Of a DNA stretch of 64,000 nucleotides, positions 49,993 through 59,811 are shown one piece after another (the stretch's first letter is position 1; the number at the start of each line of letters is the position of its first letter). The notes below the pieces were generated by a model. The model worked only from the letters and a program-made list of their open reading frames with translations, was not told the DNA's origin and did no database searches. The DNA comes from a bacterium (GTDB taxonomy: Bacteria > Patescibacteriota > Microgenomatia > Levybacterales > UBA12049), in contig JAJXYH010000004.1 in the NCBI GenBank assembly GCA_021780675.1, positions 5,668-69,667 on the forward strand. Reading direction: 5' to 3'. Position numbers and translations under genes: made by a program.

Positions 49993-50739
49993 ATGAATGC
50001 AGTTTATATTTTGTGGAAAAGAGAATTGTTAAGATATTTTAGATCACGTGCAAGACTTGCCGGTTCTTTAGGTCAGCCGCTTTTATTTTTAGTAGCTCTG
50101 GGGTTTGGTTTGGGTCCTGTTTTTCAAAAAGCGGGGCAAGGGAATTATTTTGAGTTTTTAGCGCCTGGTGTTGTTTCCATGGGAATATTATTTACGGGAA
50201 TTTTTGCCGGAATTCAGGTTATTTGGGACAGACAATTCGGTTTTTTAAAGGAAACTTTAGTTGCGCCAGTTACCAGGTTTGAAATTGTATTGGGAAAAAC
50301 ACTGGGGGGAGCAACAGTTGCATTTTTACAAGGGCTGATAGTTTTGATTTTAACGCTTCTAATCGGAGTAAAAGTTCATTCCTGGACTTTGTTTCCGTTT
50401 GCGCTTGTAGCAATGTTTTTAATTGCGGTATTTTTTACAGCTTTAGGAATAACTATTGCTTCTCTTTTTGAAGACATGCAGGGATTTCAGCTGGTAATGA
50501 ATTTTGTAGTTCAGCCGACATTCTTTTTGTCCGGAGCTTTATTTCCTCTTACAGGGCTCCCAAACTTTTTAAAAATAATTACCGAAGTTGATCCCCTAAC
50601 TTATGGCGTGGATGCGGTGAGGGGTGCATTAATAAACCAGGGACATTTTCCTCTGTCTACAGATATTGGCGTAATGTTTATTTTAAGCATTGTTGTTTTG
50701 GTAATCGGAAGTTATTTGTTCTCCAAAGTTGAGGTTTAA
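49993..50739 (+). CDS. ABC-2 type permease (DrrB-like)
   Basis: WDRQFGFLKETLVAP, FLSGALFP, PLTYGVD. Confidence 0.93.
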   Translation: MNAVYILWKRELLRYFRSRARLAGSLGQPLLFLVALGFGLGPVFQKAGQGNYFEFLAPGVVSMGILFTGIFAGIQVIWDRQFGFLKETLVAPVTRFEIVLGKTLGGATVAFLQGLIVLILTLLIGVKVHSWTLFPFALVAMFLIAVFFTALGITIASLFEDMQGFQLVMNFVVQPTFFLSGALFPLTGLPNFLKIITEVDPLTYGVDAVRGALINQGHFPLSTDIGVMFILSIVVLVIGSYLFSKVEV

Positions 50740-50742
50740 TTT

Positions 50743-51159
50743 ATGAAATTTGAATTTTCCGCAGGAGGAATAGTTTATAAAAAAGAAAATGGAAAAGTTT
50801 TTATAATTGTTGCAAAACATTCATCGCATCACGGATGGGTTTTTCCAAAAGGATTAATCGGCGATCATATTAAAAACGAAGGAAAAGAAGAAACCGCCGT
50901 TAGAGAGGCGGAAGAGGAAACAGGCGCTAAAGGAAAAATTATTCAGGAGCTTTCCCCCGTGACATTTTGGTATGAATGGGAAGGGGAAAAGCGTAAAAAA
51001 ACAGTTTATTACTTCTTAATGGAATTTATTCGAGGAGATATAAAAAAACACGACTGGGAAATGGAAGAGGTTGAGTGGTTGCCAAAGGATAAAGTTTTAG
51101 ATAGGTTAACTTATGAATCGGATAAAAAAGTCTTCCAAGAAGCACAAAAACTGATATAA
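50743..51159 (+). CDS. NUDIX hydrolase (Ap4A hydrolase-like)
   Basis: SAGGIV, W.FPKG, AVREAEEETG. Confidence 0.9.
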   Translation: MKFEFSAGGIVYKKENGKVFIIVAKHSSHHGWVFPKGLIGDHIKNEGKEETAVREAEEETGAKGKIIQELSPVTFWYEWEGEKRKKTVYYFLMEFIRGDIKKHDWEMEEVEWLPKDKVLDRLTYESDKKVFQEAQKLI

Positions 51160-51172
51160 TTACGAATGTCTT

Positions 51173-51262
51173 GGAGGGGTCGCATAGTGGACTAGTGCGC
51201 TTGCTTGGAAAGCAGGTATATCCGCAAGGGTATCGAGGGTTCGAATCCCTCCTCCTCCGCCA
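51173..51262 (+). tRNA. tRNA-Ser(GGA)
   Basis: CTTGC-TTGGAAA-GCAGG arm; encoded CCA. Confidence 0.95.
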
Positions 51263-51264
51263 AG

Positions 51265-52635
51265 CTATTTAATCTTTTCAGAGGCTAGTGTTGTCGCAAC
51301 CACAACAAGAAGTGCCAGAAGACCTAGTCCTTTAGCTCCATTTTTTAATTTACCCAGCGCATCTAATTTTTTGCGTTTTTCCTCCGCCTCCGGGGAGGTA
51401 TCATCTTTTAATTTTTCTTCAGCATCGGCAATAACTGCTTCAATAACCGGTTTAACATCTCCGCTTCTAATTGCATCAGTAATTTTTTTTGCAGTTTCTG
51501 CGGGAATTTCACCGCTTTGTATTTTATTGCCAAAATCTGCAATTAAATCATGTGCGCTTTGTCCACCGTTTGCTTCTAAAACCGTACCCCAATTTTGAAG
51601 CATTGAAGCTTCGTTTTGCAAAGACAATATTTGCTGGCTTATTTGCGCTTTTTGCGCCTCAGTCGTTGCTGTCTCCAATCGTTTACTAAGTTGACTTAAT
51701 TCATTTGGAATTTCTGTGCTTCTTGTTGAAATATCATCGGGAGTAAGATTTGCTCCCATCAGTACGATTTCGGCAAGTGTATTACCTGAAATAATCACTT
51801 CATCGCCCATTGCTTGTCTTGCAGCTTCTATTTGATCAGCAGAAATAGATGATTTTTGAGAATCCAGATAAGTATCAATATCGGATCTTGTAATAAGGTT
51901 TGCTTCTCTTGCTTCTTGTTCAAGTAGATCCCGGGTTCTAGCGATATTTTCATCACTAAACATCTCTTGCGCTAATGCCTGGGCTTTGTTAGGATCTTGC
52001 ATTGTGGCAATATAATAATCTATAAACTGAGCGTCATCTCCTGTAAACATTGCTGTCAATTCCTGCTGTTCGGCAACAATTTGCGCATCAATTAAATCAT
52101 CCCAGGGAACTATTTGAGTTCCTTGTGGTTTTGAACCGGTTGGAAGTTCATAAGCATCCTCGTCTTGTGTATTTTCAAGAATTGCCATAGCTTTTCCGTT
52201 GTCATTTACCACCCCGCTTATTTTTAAGACTCTGACGACCTTTTGTTCTCCATTAAGTGTGATCGTTACATAAATTGGTTTTTCACCTCCTGAATGGTCG
52301 GTAGTTATATCAACGGGTTCTTCTTTTCCATCTTGAGCATTCGTTAACATCACTTTTTCGCCATTTGAATGAGTTAGGGTATCATTTTTTAAGCCCATTA
52401 AGCCCTTAAGTAAATGTCCTGTTTCTCCTCTTTGGAGTGGGGGATCTTTAGTTAGTTTTCTGGCAAGCAAAACTTTTCCAAGTCTAATTGCGTCTTTTTT
52501 TGCAGTATCTCTTATTTCATCTGTTATTACGGGCGCTTCATGATTTTCTGCATCAGGTTGGGCAGTATCATCTGGCAATTCTGGTGCGGCAGTGTCTGGT
52601 TGTGGTTGTGGAGCTTCGGCTCCGGTTTCGCTCAT
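51265..52635 (-). CDS. Acidic hypothetical protein with coiled coil and C-terminal TM
   Basis: 456-aa ORF, tail GLGLLALLVVVATTL. Confidence 0.75.
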   Translation of the reverse strand: MSETGAEAPQPQPDTAAPELPDDTAQPDAENHEAPVITDEIRDTAKKDAIRLGKVLLARKLTKDPPLQRGETGHLLKGLMGLKNDTLTHSNGEKVMLTNAQDGKEEPVDITTDHSGGEKPIYVTITLNGEQKVVRVLKISGVVNDNGKAMAILENTQDEDAYELPTGSKPQGTQIVPWDDLIDAQIVAEQQELTAMFTGDDAQFIDYYIATMQDPNKAQALAQEMFSDENIARTRDLLEQEAREANLITRSDIDTYLDSQKSSISADQIEAARQAMGDEVIISGNTLAEIVLMGANLTPDDISTRSTEIPNELSQLSKRLETATTEAQKAQISQQILSLQNEASMLQNWGTVLEANGGQSAHDLIADFGNKIQSGEIPAETAKKITDAIRSGDVKPVIEAVIADAEEKLKDDTSPEAEEKRKKLDALGKLKNGAKGLGLLALLVVVATTLASEKIK

Positions 52636-52687
52636 AAATTTATATTAGTTGATTTTTATTGTCAAATCAATTAATAATAAAGATAGT

Positions 52688-55627
52688 ATGGCTATAGACA
52701 ATATAGACAATGTGTCAACGCGTGGGCCAGATGCTGCAGGTGATAAAAAAAGTAATCAGCCACCAAAAAGAATTGTTCCTTTTTCTCCAACCAGCGATAA
52801 AACCGCAATAGATGCAAATGGAGCGGCTGTTAAGGTTAGAGCATCTGAGTTTTTAACTAGAGTATCTGGATTAGAAACAACAGATAGAGACAGGGTTTTA
52901 ACTGGAAAAGTTGAAAGAGACGAACTTCCGATTAGTGCAGAAGTAGTGACGGGTTTAAGAAATTTTACAGAAAGTTATGTCCGAAAACTTGTCCTACTTA
53001 GAAAAGACGGTGTGTATGACCAAATGAAAAGGCAGCAAGAAAGAGGTAGCGACCAGGCGGATTATTTGGAAGACAAGTATATGCTGGAGCTTTTTACCGA
53101 CAAACAAACTGGTGAAGCTAAAAAATTCGGGGAAATAGAAAATTTAATAACTGAACATCCTCTGATTTTGCAAAATGTAATGCTGGTTGCTGAAAGATAT
53201 GCAAGAGATACGCTGGCAGCTTATGGGTTAAGGGCAGAGATGTATAGGCCTGGGAAAAGAACAGAGCTAACAGATCCAAGACTTGAGCGAACAATTGATC
53301 TTCCGGTTGATCAAGGAGCGTTAAGATCAACTTATAACCGAGTACGAGATTGGACGCAAAGAAGACACGAAGTGGGTGGAAGGCCCGATCCAAACGATCC
53401 CGATTCCAATTTAGATTATTTTTTAAACCATGCCGGTATACCGGTTGGAGCTGGAGCAATTGGTGTTGGAACGATAGGTGGGGTAGTCGGAGCGGTCGGA
53501 GCTTTGTTTGGTGCGGGACCAGGAGAAGTGGGGGGTGCTATTGCCGGTGCTGCAGTTGGCGCGGGTGCTGTTTTGGGTGGGTTAGCGGTCGGTAGATCAT
53601 TCCGGGAGGGTCCAAGATTAAGGTTAGTTGTAGATAATGAAGTTAGAGCGCAGTCTCAAAGAGGAGCAGAAAGACTTAGAATGGAGAGGTTAATTGGTGT
53701 TAACCCGACAAACTTAACAGAATCAACCGACAGCCCTGCTGCAAATGATGCGATTAAAATAATATATCTAAGGCAAATGTATTTAAGGAATTTAGATAAT
53801 TCAGGTGAAGTATTTGATGCCTTTAGCGATCAATTTATAACTAACGGAGGTACGGCAAACCGGTTTGAGGAAACGCGAACGGTTATGGGGTCTAGGGTAA
53901 ATGCGGAATTTCAAAGTTTAAGAGATGCTTATTTAAGAAATCATCCTGATGCAACCCCTACACAACTTAGAGATTTTTACAGAAGAGCGCAGGAAACAGT
54001 TTTATTTAGAAATTTTGAGGAAGTTTCCGAAAAGGTAAGGCCCGAAGAAAACATAGCAGGAAAGTTGCAAACTGCTATTGATGCAAGAAAACCCGAAGGG
54101 TCAGCTCATGTGGAAAGAACAAGAGTTGCAAGTGAAGAAAAAGGCCGTTTGACTACCGAAAAACAAACTCTTGCTGCATCAAGAGAAGCCTTAACAGGAT
54201 ATGAGGGGAAATTACTAACAATAGAAAAAGCGCGTCAGGACCTACAGAGGGAACTTGCAAAAATTAATGGGGGCGGATTGGATTACGCTCATGCATTACA
54301 AGAGCTGCGAATAGCTCAAAGCGCAACCGGAACAACGATTACAATTACAACAGATACGGGTATAGAAACAATTACAGATTTACATAGCGATATATTAGCT
54401 CATAGTCAGGGTCTTGCTAATGATCTTGGGAATATTAGAATTCCAAATCCTGGTGAGGATACAGATGCATATCGAGATTTCCGTAGTGCAGAGGCTGCAA
54501 AGATTCGTTTAGCTCATAAACCCGAAACAGACGAAGACAACAGGAAAACACAACTTATAATAAGTAGAATAACAGAATTAACAAGACTCCAGGGGGTAAT
54601 TGATGAAGCATCAAGGAATTTACTTCAGGCAGAAGAAATAAAAGCCGGTGGGCAAGAATTTGTAAAATTTCAAGAAGCATTTCAGCGTGTTGATTCCCTT
54701 GGTCTTCCAGGGGCATTATTGTTTACCCAAACGCTTGAGCAAAATCTAGCTGATGCAAATAATTTGTTCGATATGGATCCTAATTTCGGCTGGCCTGAAA
54801 GCGAAAACAACCAGATGCGGGAAGTTTTAAGAAGAGCAACTATTCAAGCAAGGGCAAACGATGCAGAAAGGGCAGATCCTATTCTTGCTCCTTTTGAGAA
54901 TAATTTTGATGAATTTAGGGGACTTGGTTTATCTACGGAACAAATTGCCTTAATGAGCCTAGACGACTTAAGAGCAAGATATGTTCGCACACATCCTGCG
55001 GCAACCGGAACCGAAGCAGATAATGCTCAAAGATGGGCTTTGGGACAATTAAGGTTTTTACAAGCGTCTGTTAACCAAGAAGCAACAGTAGTAGATAATT
55101 CTCTTAGGGTACAGGAGAGGTTTATAAACGGAGTTGATCTGACTCAAGAGAGAGAGCAACTGGAAGTTGTAAAAGATATGTGGGATAAAAGAAAAGGCAT
55201 TAGAGCAAGAGCAGTTGATGGGGTGCTTAATAATCGCGCTGGCCTTGAAAATACAGACCACGTTCAAGCAAATACGGAAGGTTTTACTCAGGCAGAGGCA
55301 GATTCACAGCTACCAAGAAATGTTTTGGAGGTTTTAAATATGATTACCGGTTATCAAGACGTAGATAATGCAGACGGTAGAGCTGAAGCTTTTGCTAAAA
55401 TATGGAGAAATTTTGGGCAAAATCCACCAACAGCTGATACACTGTTGTTAGTAAGATTAAGAGATGCGTTTGAGGTTCCGCAAGCTCACGCAAACAGCTT
55501 TAACGAGCTAGCAGCCTATCTTAGGACAAGGTTTAGAAACAATAGGATTAATTCTGGTAACATTGCGCAATACGTAGGAAGAAACGCTGTTTCACAATTT
55601 ACTGAGTGGGGAAGGAGCTTAGGATGA
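52688..55627 (+). CDS. Large coiled-coil protein with glycine-zipper hydrophobic hairpin
   Basis: GAGAIGVGTIGGVVGAVGALFGAG...GGAIAGAAVGAGAVLGG; start taken at MAIDN. Confidence 0.8.
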   Translation: MAIDNIDNVSTRGPDAAGDKKSNQPPKRIVPFSPTSDKTAIDANGAAVKVRASEFLTRVSGLETTDRDRVLTGKVERDELPISAEVVTGLRNFTESYVRKLVLLRKDGVYDQMKRQQERGSDQADYLEDKYMLELFTDKQTGEAKKFGEIENLITEHPLILQNVMLVAERYARDTLAAYGLRAEMYRPGKRTELTDPRLERTIDLPVDQGALRSTYNRVRDWTQRRHEVGGRPDPNDPDSNLDYFLNHAGIPVGAGAIGVGTIGGVVGAVGALFGAGPGEVGGAIAGAAVGAGAVLGGLAVGRSFREGPRLRLVVDNEVRAQSQRGAERLRMERLIGVNPTNLTESTDSPAANDAIKIIYLRQMYLRNLDNSGEVFDAFSDQFITNGGTANRFEETRTVMGSRVNAEFQSLRDAYLRNHPDATPTQLRDFYRRAQETVLFRNFEEVSEKVRPEENIAGKLQTAIDARKPEGSAHVERTRVASEEKGRLTTEKQTLAASREALTGYEGKLLTIEKARQDLQRELAKINGGGLDYAHALQELRIAQSATGTTITITTDTGIETITDLHSDILAHSQGLANDLGNIRIPNPGEDTDAYRDFRSAEAAKIRLAHKPETDEDNRKTQLIISRITELTRLQGVIDEASRNLLQAEEIKAGGQEFVKFQEAFQRVDSLGLPGALLFTQTLEQNLADANNLFDMDPNFGWPESENNQMREVLRRATIQARANDAERADPILAPFENNFDEFRGLGLSTEQIALMSLDDLRARYVRTHPAATGTEADNAQRWALGQLRFLQASVNQEATVVDNSLRVQERFINGVDLTQEREQLEVVKDMWDKRKGIRARAVDGVLNNRAGLENTDHVQANTEGFTQAEADSQLPRNVLEVLNMITGYQDVDNADGRAEAFAKIWRNFGQNPPTADTLLLVRLRDAFEVPQAHANSFNELAAYLRTRFRNNRINSGNIAQYVGRNAVSQFTEWGRSLG

Positions 55628-56007
55628 CAACTAAAATTAATACTAAAACAATGATAAATTATTTGCCTTTTCCAAACGAGGTTAAATTAGAATTGTTGGG
55701 TAAATTCGATAATTTATCAAATGATGATCAAACTAAAATTACGGATTTGGTTTGGGATGCATTTGAAATTGTTTACAACAACAAAGTTCAAGAAAATTTA
55801 GATAAATTAATTGCGGAGGCCGATGAGAATGGACAAAAAACAGATGATACATTTTACGGAAAAGCAGTTGATATGACAGACCAGGAAGTTAGAGAAGGTT
55901 TAACATCAACAACAGATGTTGCCGATCTTACCAATGTTAGAAAAAGCATGGAATTAATTGTAAACGAAATAAAAGCCGCACAAAATGAAGGAACGCTGAA
56001 AAAGTAA
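55624..56007 (+). CDS. Acidic hypothetical protein translationally coupled to the upstream gene
   Basis: ATGA overlap at 55624-55627. Confidence 0.7.
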   Translation: MTTKINTKTMINYLPFPNEVKLELLGKFDNLSNDDQTKITDLVWDAFEIVYNNKVQENLDKLIAEADENGQKTDDTFYGKAVDMTDQEVREGLTSTTDVADLTNVRKSMELIVNEIKAAQNEGTLKK

Positions 56008-56009
56008 TT

Positions 56010-57800
56010 TTACCTACTGGTTCTTAATGCATTAATTATTACCGCTACGTCGATTGCTTCTTGTAAAAATGCTCCCATAATTGGTGGAATAAAACCAAAG
56101 GAGGCAAAACCCATTCCCACAATACTAATTCCAATTCCAACAAATATGCTTTGTTTGGCAATTGCAATTGTTCGCCTGGCAATATTTAAACATTCCAATA
56201 CAAGCGAAAAATCTCCTCCCAAAAATACAATGTCCGCAGCCTCGCTGGCAGCAGTTTGCTCTTCGTTACTAAACACCATGCCAACATCTGCCATTGCAAG
56301 AGCAGGTGCGTCATTAATACCATCTCCCACCATAGCGGTTACTTTACCTGCCTTTTTAAGTTTTGTTATTCCTTCCTGTTTATCTTGCGGGGTACTTTCA
56401 GCCATAATATCGATATTTACCCCCAGCATTTCTATTACTTTTTCAGCCGCTTGTTTTTTATCTCCGGTAAAGATTTTAATATCAAATCCCTGGGCAATTA
56501 AATCCTTAATGATTGTTTTTGATTCAATTTTGATTTCATCTTCAAAATGGAACTGGGCAATTTGTTTACCGCCGGTAAACAGTCCGATTTCCATACCATT
56601 ATGACTATTAAGTTTTGATAAAGTAAATTGCTTATTATCAACCGTACCGGTTATCCCAACCCCGATTTTTTCTTCAATTTTTTCTGCACTTTTAAGGTGC
56701 GCCTTTTTAGCGGATGCATACTCAACAATAGCTTTTGCCAAAGGGTGCAAAGAATTTCTTTCGATGCTTTTAGAAATTGCCAAAAGTTCTATTTCACCAA
56801 ATGATTTATCCATAATTTTAAATTCGGTAACATGGGGTCTTCCCAAAGTTATGGTTCCGGTTTTATCAAAAATAATCGCGTTTGCTCTGGATAATACTTC
56901 AAGTCCCGAAAGTTTTTTAACAATCATACGTTTTTTGGAAGCTAAATTTACTCCTCCTAAAAGTGCTATCGGCGTTGCAATAATCAAAGGGCAGGGTGTA
57001 GCGATAGCAAGTACCGAGAGAGCCCGGGTTAAATCAAAACCTGAGTAAGTATAAGCAAAAGCGGTAATTATAAGTGTTATAACCGTAAAATATCCGGAGT
57101 ATTTATCAGCTAGGCGTATAAATGGAGTTTTTTCTTCCTGTGCATTTTTAACCATGGTAACGATTTTGTTGTAAGTTGAATTCTTTTGCTCACTGGTTAC
57201 TTTAATAACAATCGGGTTTCCAATATTTATAGTTCCACTTCTTATCGGGTCGCCTTTTATTTTTTCAATGGTGTAAGGCTCACCCGTTAGCGAAGATTCA
57301 TCGGTCAGTCCGCTGTCGGAAATTAGAATTCCATCAAGACCGATTACTTCACCTTTTCTAACATAGATTTCTTCGCTCTTTTTAACTTTTTCAATTTTTG
57401 TTTTTTCTCCAATTTCATTATTTTTCCAATACAGCACTTCATCGGGGATTCTTTCGGCAAGTTTTGTTAAAGATTTTTTCGCTTGGGACACGCCATAATC
57501 TTCTAAAGTCCTACCCGATGCAATCATTAAAGCTAAAATTGTCGATACCAGATATTCCTGTGTTATAAGTGCAACTACAATTGCCAGGATGGCAATATAA
57601 TCAAGCGCAAATTGTTTTTTAAGAATTGAAGTTACTGTTTCATAAAACAAGCGGTAACTTCCAAGAAGAGTTGCCAAAACCCCAATAATTCCAGCTGGAG
57701 TATTTAATTTAAGAAGAAGTAGGATAACATAAAGAATAATTCCAAAGGTTACAATAAGCGGAACTAAGAATGTTTTAAGCAAATTAATTTTTAGGTTCAT
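56010..57800 (-). CDS. Heavy-metal P1B-type ATPase (P1B-5-like motifs)
   Basis: TGE, ATPCP, DKTGT, HP, GDGINDAP, QEAID. Confidence 0.92.
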   Translation of the reverse strand: MNLKINLLKTFLVPLIVTFGIILYVILLLLKLNTPAGIIGVLATLLGSYRLFYETVTSILKKQFALDYIAILAIVVALITQEYLVSTILALMIASGRTLEDYGVSQAKKSLTKLAERIPDEVLYWKNNEIGEKTKIEKVKKSEEIYVRKGEVIGLDGILISDSGLTDESSLTGEPYTIEKIKGDPIRSGTINIGNPIVIKVTSEQKNSTYNKIVTMVKNAQEEKTPFIRLADKYSGYFTVITLIITAFAYTYSGFDLTRALSVLAIATPCPLIIATPIALLGGVNLASKKRMIVKKLSGLEVLSRANAIIFDKTGTITLGRPHVTEFKIMDKSFGEIELLAISKSIERNSLHPLAKAIVEYASAKKAHLKSAEKIEEKIGVGITGTVDNKQFTLSKLNSHNGMEIGLFTGGKQIAQFHFEDEIKIESKTIIKDLIAQGFDIKIFTGDKKQAAEKVIEMLGVNIDIMAESTPQDKQEGITKLKKAGKVTAMVGDGINDAPALAMADVGMVFSNEEQTAASEAADIVFLGGDFSLVLECLNIARRTIAIAKQSIFVGIGISIVGMGFASFGFIPPIMGAFLQEAIDVAVIINALRTSR

Positions 57801-57853
57801 AAGCTTGTCTAGATTATATCAAGTTTTAAATGGTATAATTGAGTGTAATTCAA

Positions 57854-57942
57854 GGAGGAGTCGCATAGCTAGGTCCATTGCGAGGGTTTGCTAAACCCTT
57901 GAGCTGAATAAGCTCGCGTGAGTTCGAATCTCACCTCCTCCG
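57854..57942 (+). tRNA. tRNA-Ser(GCT)
   Basis: AGGGT-TTGCTAA-ACCCT arm, long variable arm. Confidence 0.93.
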
Positions 57943-57958
57943 CTACCGCCCGGGGATA

Positions 57959-59125
57959 ATGAGGAAAATATTTTATAGTTTAATTTTTGTTTCTATTTTA
58001 GCCGCTCTTATTGTCAGCATTTTCTTTATTGAAAATCACCATTTATCTTCTAAAGTAAATTTATCAAACACACCAACTCTTAAAAAAGTTGTTTCTAAAA
58101 TCTGTCCGCAGGGATTTATTTTGGTTCCAGGAGATAAGCCATATGGCACCTCTGACTTTTGTGTGATGAAATATGATGCAAAATGTGCGGATATTTCAAA
58201 TCCAAATTTGGGGCTTACTCCACCTGCGGGAAATGTTTGTTCGGGACTTAGTGTTGATGGAGGGTATGGTGGGGTTTATAAAAATAATGGAAAAAATTGT
58301 GCGTGCATGCCGGAAAATAAGCGGGAAATTGTTTCAATAAAAAGTGGTTTTCCGATAACTTATATCGCCATGTCGGACAACACATCTAATAATGCAAAGA
58401 CGTATTGTGAAAGCCGCGGTTGGCATCTGATTAATAATAATGAATGGATGACTATTGCGCGAAATGTTGAGCAAGTTAAGGCAAATTGGTGCGACAAAAA
58501 CGGTACTAACTGTGGTTTTTTGCCGGGAACAAAAGGAAAGATATTGGCAAATGGTCACAACGATAATCTTAATGAACCGGGTGCAAGCGCCGGCGGAATA
58601 GGAGCACTCATAGCAACCGATGATGGTAAGCCTTGTTTTGGGACAACAACAGACGGTTCTAATACATGCGGCGGAAAAAATTCGCAAAAAAGAACACTCA
58701 CTTTAAATAACGGCAATGTTATTTGGGATTTTGCAGGAAATGTATGGCAGTGGGTTGATGCCCAGGTAATGAGAAAAAACGAACCTGAATCTGCGACCAA
58801 CGGAGTAACGGATATTGGTTGGGTTATACGAAGCGAATTTGCTCCCGGTGCCATGTCTAGTGTGCTTACGAATAACGGTTCGGGTACAAATTTAGGATAC
58901 GACCAAATTCGTCCGTCGAACCCTGCATGGAATTCAAATAATGGTGTTGGCCGTGTATATCATTACAGCGATCCAAATGATGCCAGCACAGCGCTGTATG
59001 CCTTTATTCGTGGCGGAAACTGGAGACATTTTGATGATGACGGGGCATTTACGGTTCATATGAGTCCGCCTGCAAACAGGGAAAATATTGATGATGTAGG
59101 GTTTAGGTGCGTTTCTAATTTGTAA
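57959..59125 (+). CDS. Membrane-anchored FGE-sulfatase/C-type-lectin-fold surface protein
   Basis: CP.GFI.VPG, FCVMKY, WDFAGNVWQW, RGGNW, VGFRC. Confidence 0.85.
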   Translation: MRKIFYSLIFVSILAALIVSIFFIENHHLSSKVNLSNTPTLKKVVSKICPQGFILVPGDKPYGTSDFCVMKYDAKCADISNPNLGLTPPAGNVCSGLSVDGGYGGVYKNNGKNCACMPENKREIVSIKSGFPITYIAMSDNTSNNAKTYCESRGWHLINNNEWMTIARNVEQVKANWCDKNGTNCGFLPGTKGKILANGHNDNLNEPGASAGGIGALIATDDGKPCFGTTTDGSNTCGGKNSQKRTLTLNNGNVIWDFAGNVWQWVDAQVMRKNEPESATNGVTDIGWVIRSEFAPGAMSSVLTNNGSGTNLGYDQIRPSNPAWNSNNGVGRVYHYSDPNDASTALYAFIRGGNWRHFDDDGAFTVHMSPPANRENIDDVGFRCVSNL

Positions 59126-59206
59126 CAGTTTCAGACGAAATAGATATTTGAAGCTTGTTATAATTTATTCATCTTTAATAATTTTTGAAACAATTTATTT
59201 TGTCCT

Positions 59207-59767
59207 TTATATTTCGTATTCGTAGATTTTGCCGCGGATATTTTCGTAAGTAGACATATCTTCGTTAGAAAGATGCTCAAAGTGTTTGCGCATTGGTCTA
59301 ATTGAATTGCCGTGTGCCGAGATAAATATTATCTCATCAGGTTTTATACTTGGCAACAGTTCGTCTAAAAAAGACATTACCCTTTTTTCCACCATTTGAA
59401 TGCTTTCTCCATTTGGGGGTGGAACATCGTAGGAGCGATGCCACAATTTATACTGCTGTGGGTTTTCTTTTTCAATCTCGTCTTTATTCTTCCCGGTTAA
59501 ATCACCATAGTCACGCTCCTTAATTCTTGGGTCTGTAAATATGGGAGTGTTGGGGTGATATTTTTCTAACACCAGGCTTAAGGTGTGTTGCGAACGGATT
59601 AAGTCTGACTGATATGCTCTAGTAACTTTTTGGTCTTTTAATTCTTCACCGATTTTTTTTGCTTCTTCAATACCGCTTTCGGTTAAATCCGACTGTCTAA
59701 ACCCCGAGAAGGTGTGGTTAAAATTATCAACTGTTTGACCATGACGAAATATAAAAATTTTAGCCAT
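59207..59767 (-). CDS. gpmA: 2,3-BPG-dependent phosphoglycerate mutase / histidine phosphatase
   Basis: RHGQT, ERDYG.LTG.NK, RSYDVPPP.GES, AHGNS. Confidence 0.8.
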   Translation of the reverse strand: MAKIFIFRHGQTVDNFNHTFSGFRQSDLTESGIEEAKKIGEELKDQKVTRAYQSDLIRSQHTLSLVLEKYHPNTPIFTDPRIKERDYGDLTGKNKDEIEKENPQQYKLWHRSYDVPPPNGESIQMVEKRVMSFLDELLPSIKPDEIIFISAHGNSIRPMRKHFEHLSNEDMSTYENIRGKIYEYEI

Positions 59768-59811
59768 ATTGTAAGATATAAGTATAAAGCAAAAAGTTAA
59801 GTGCGTAAACC

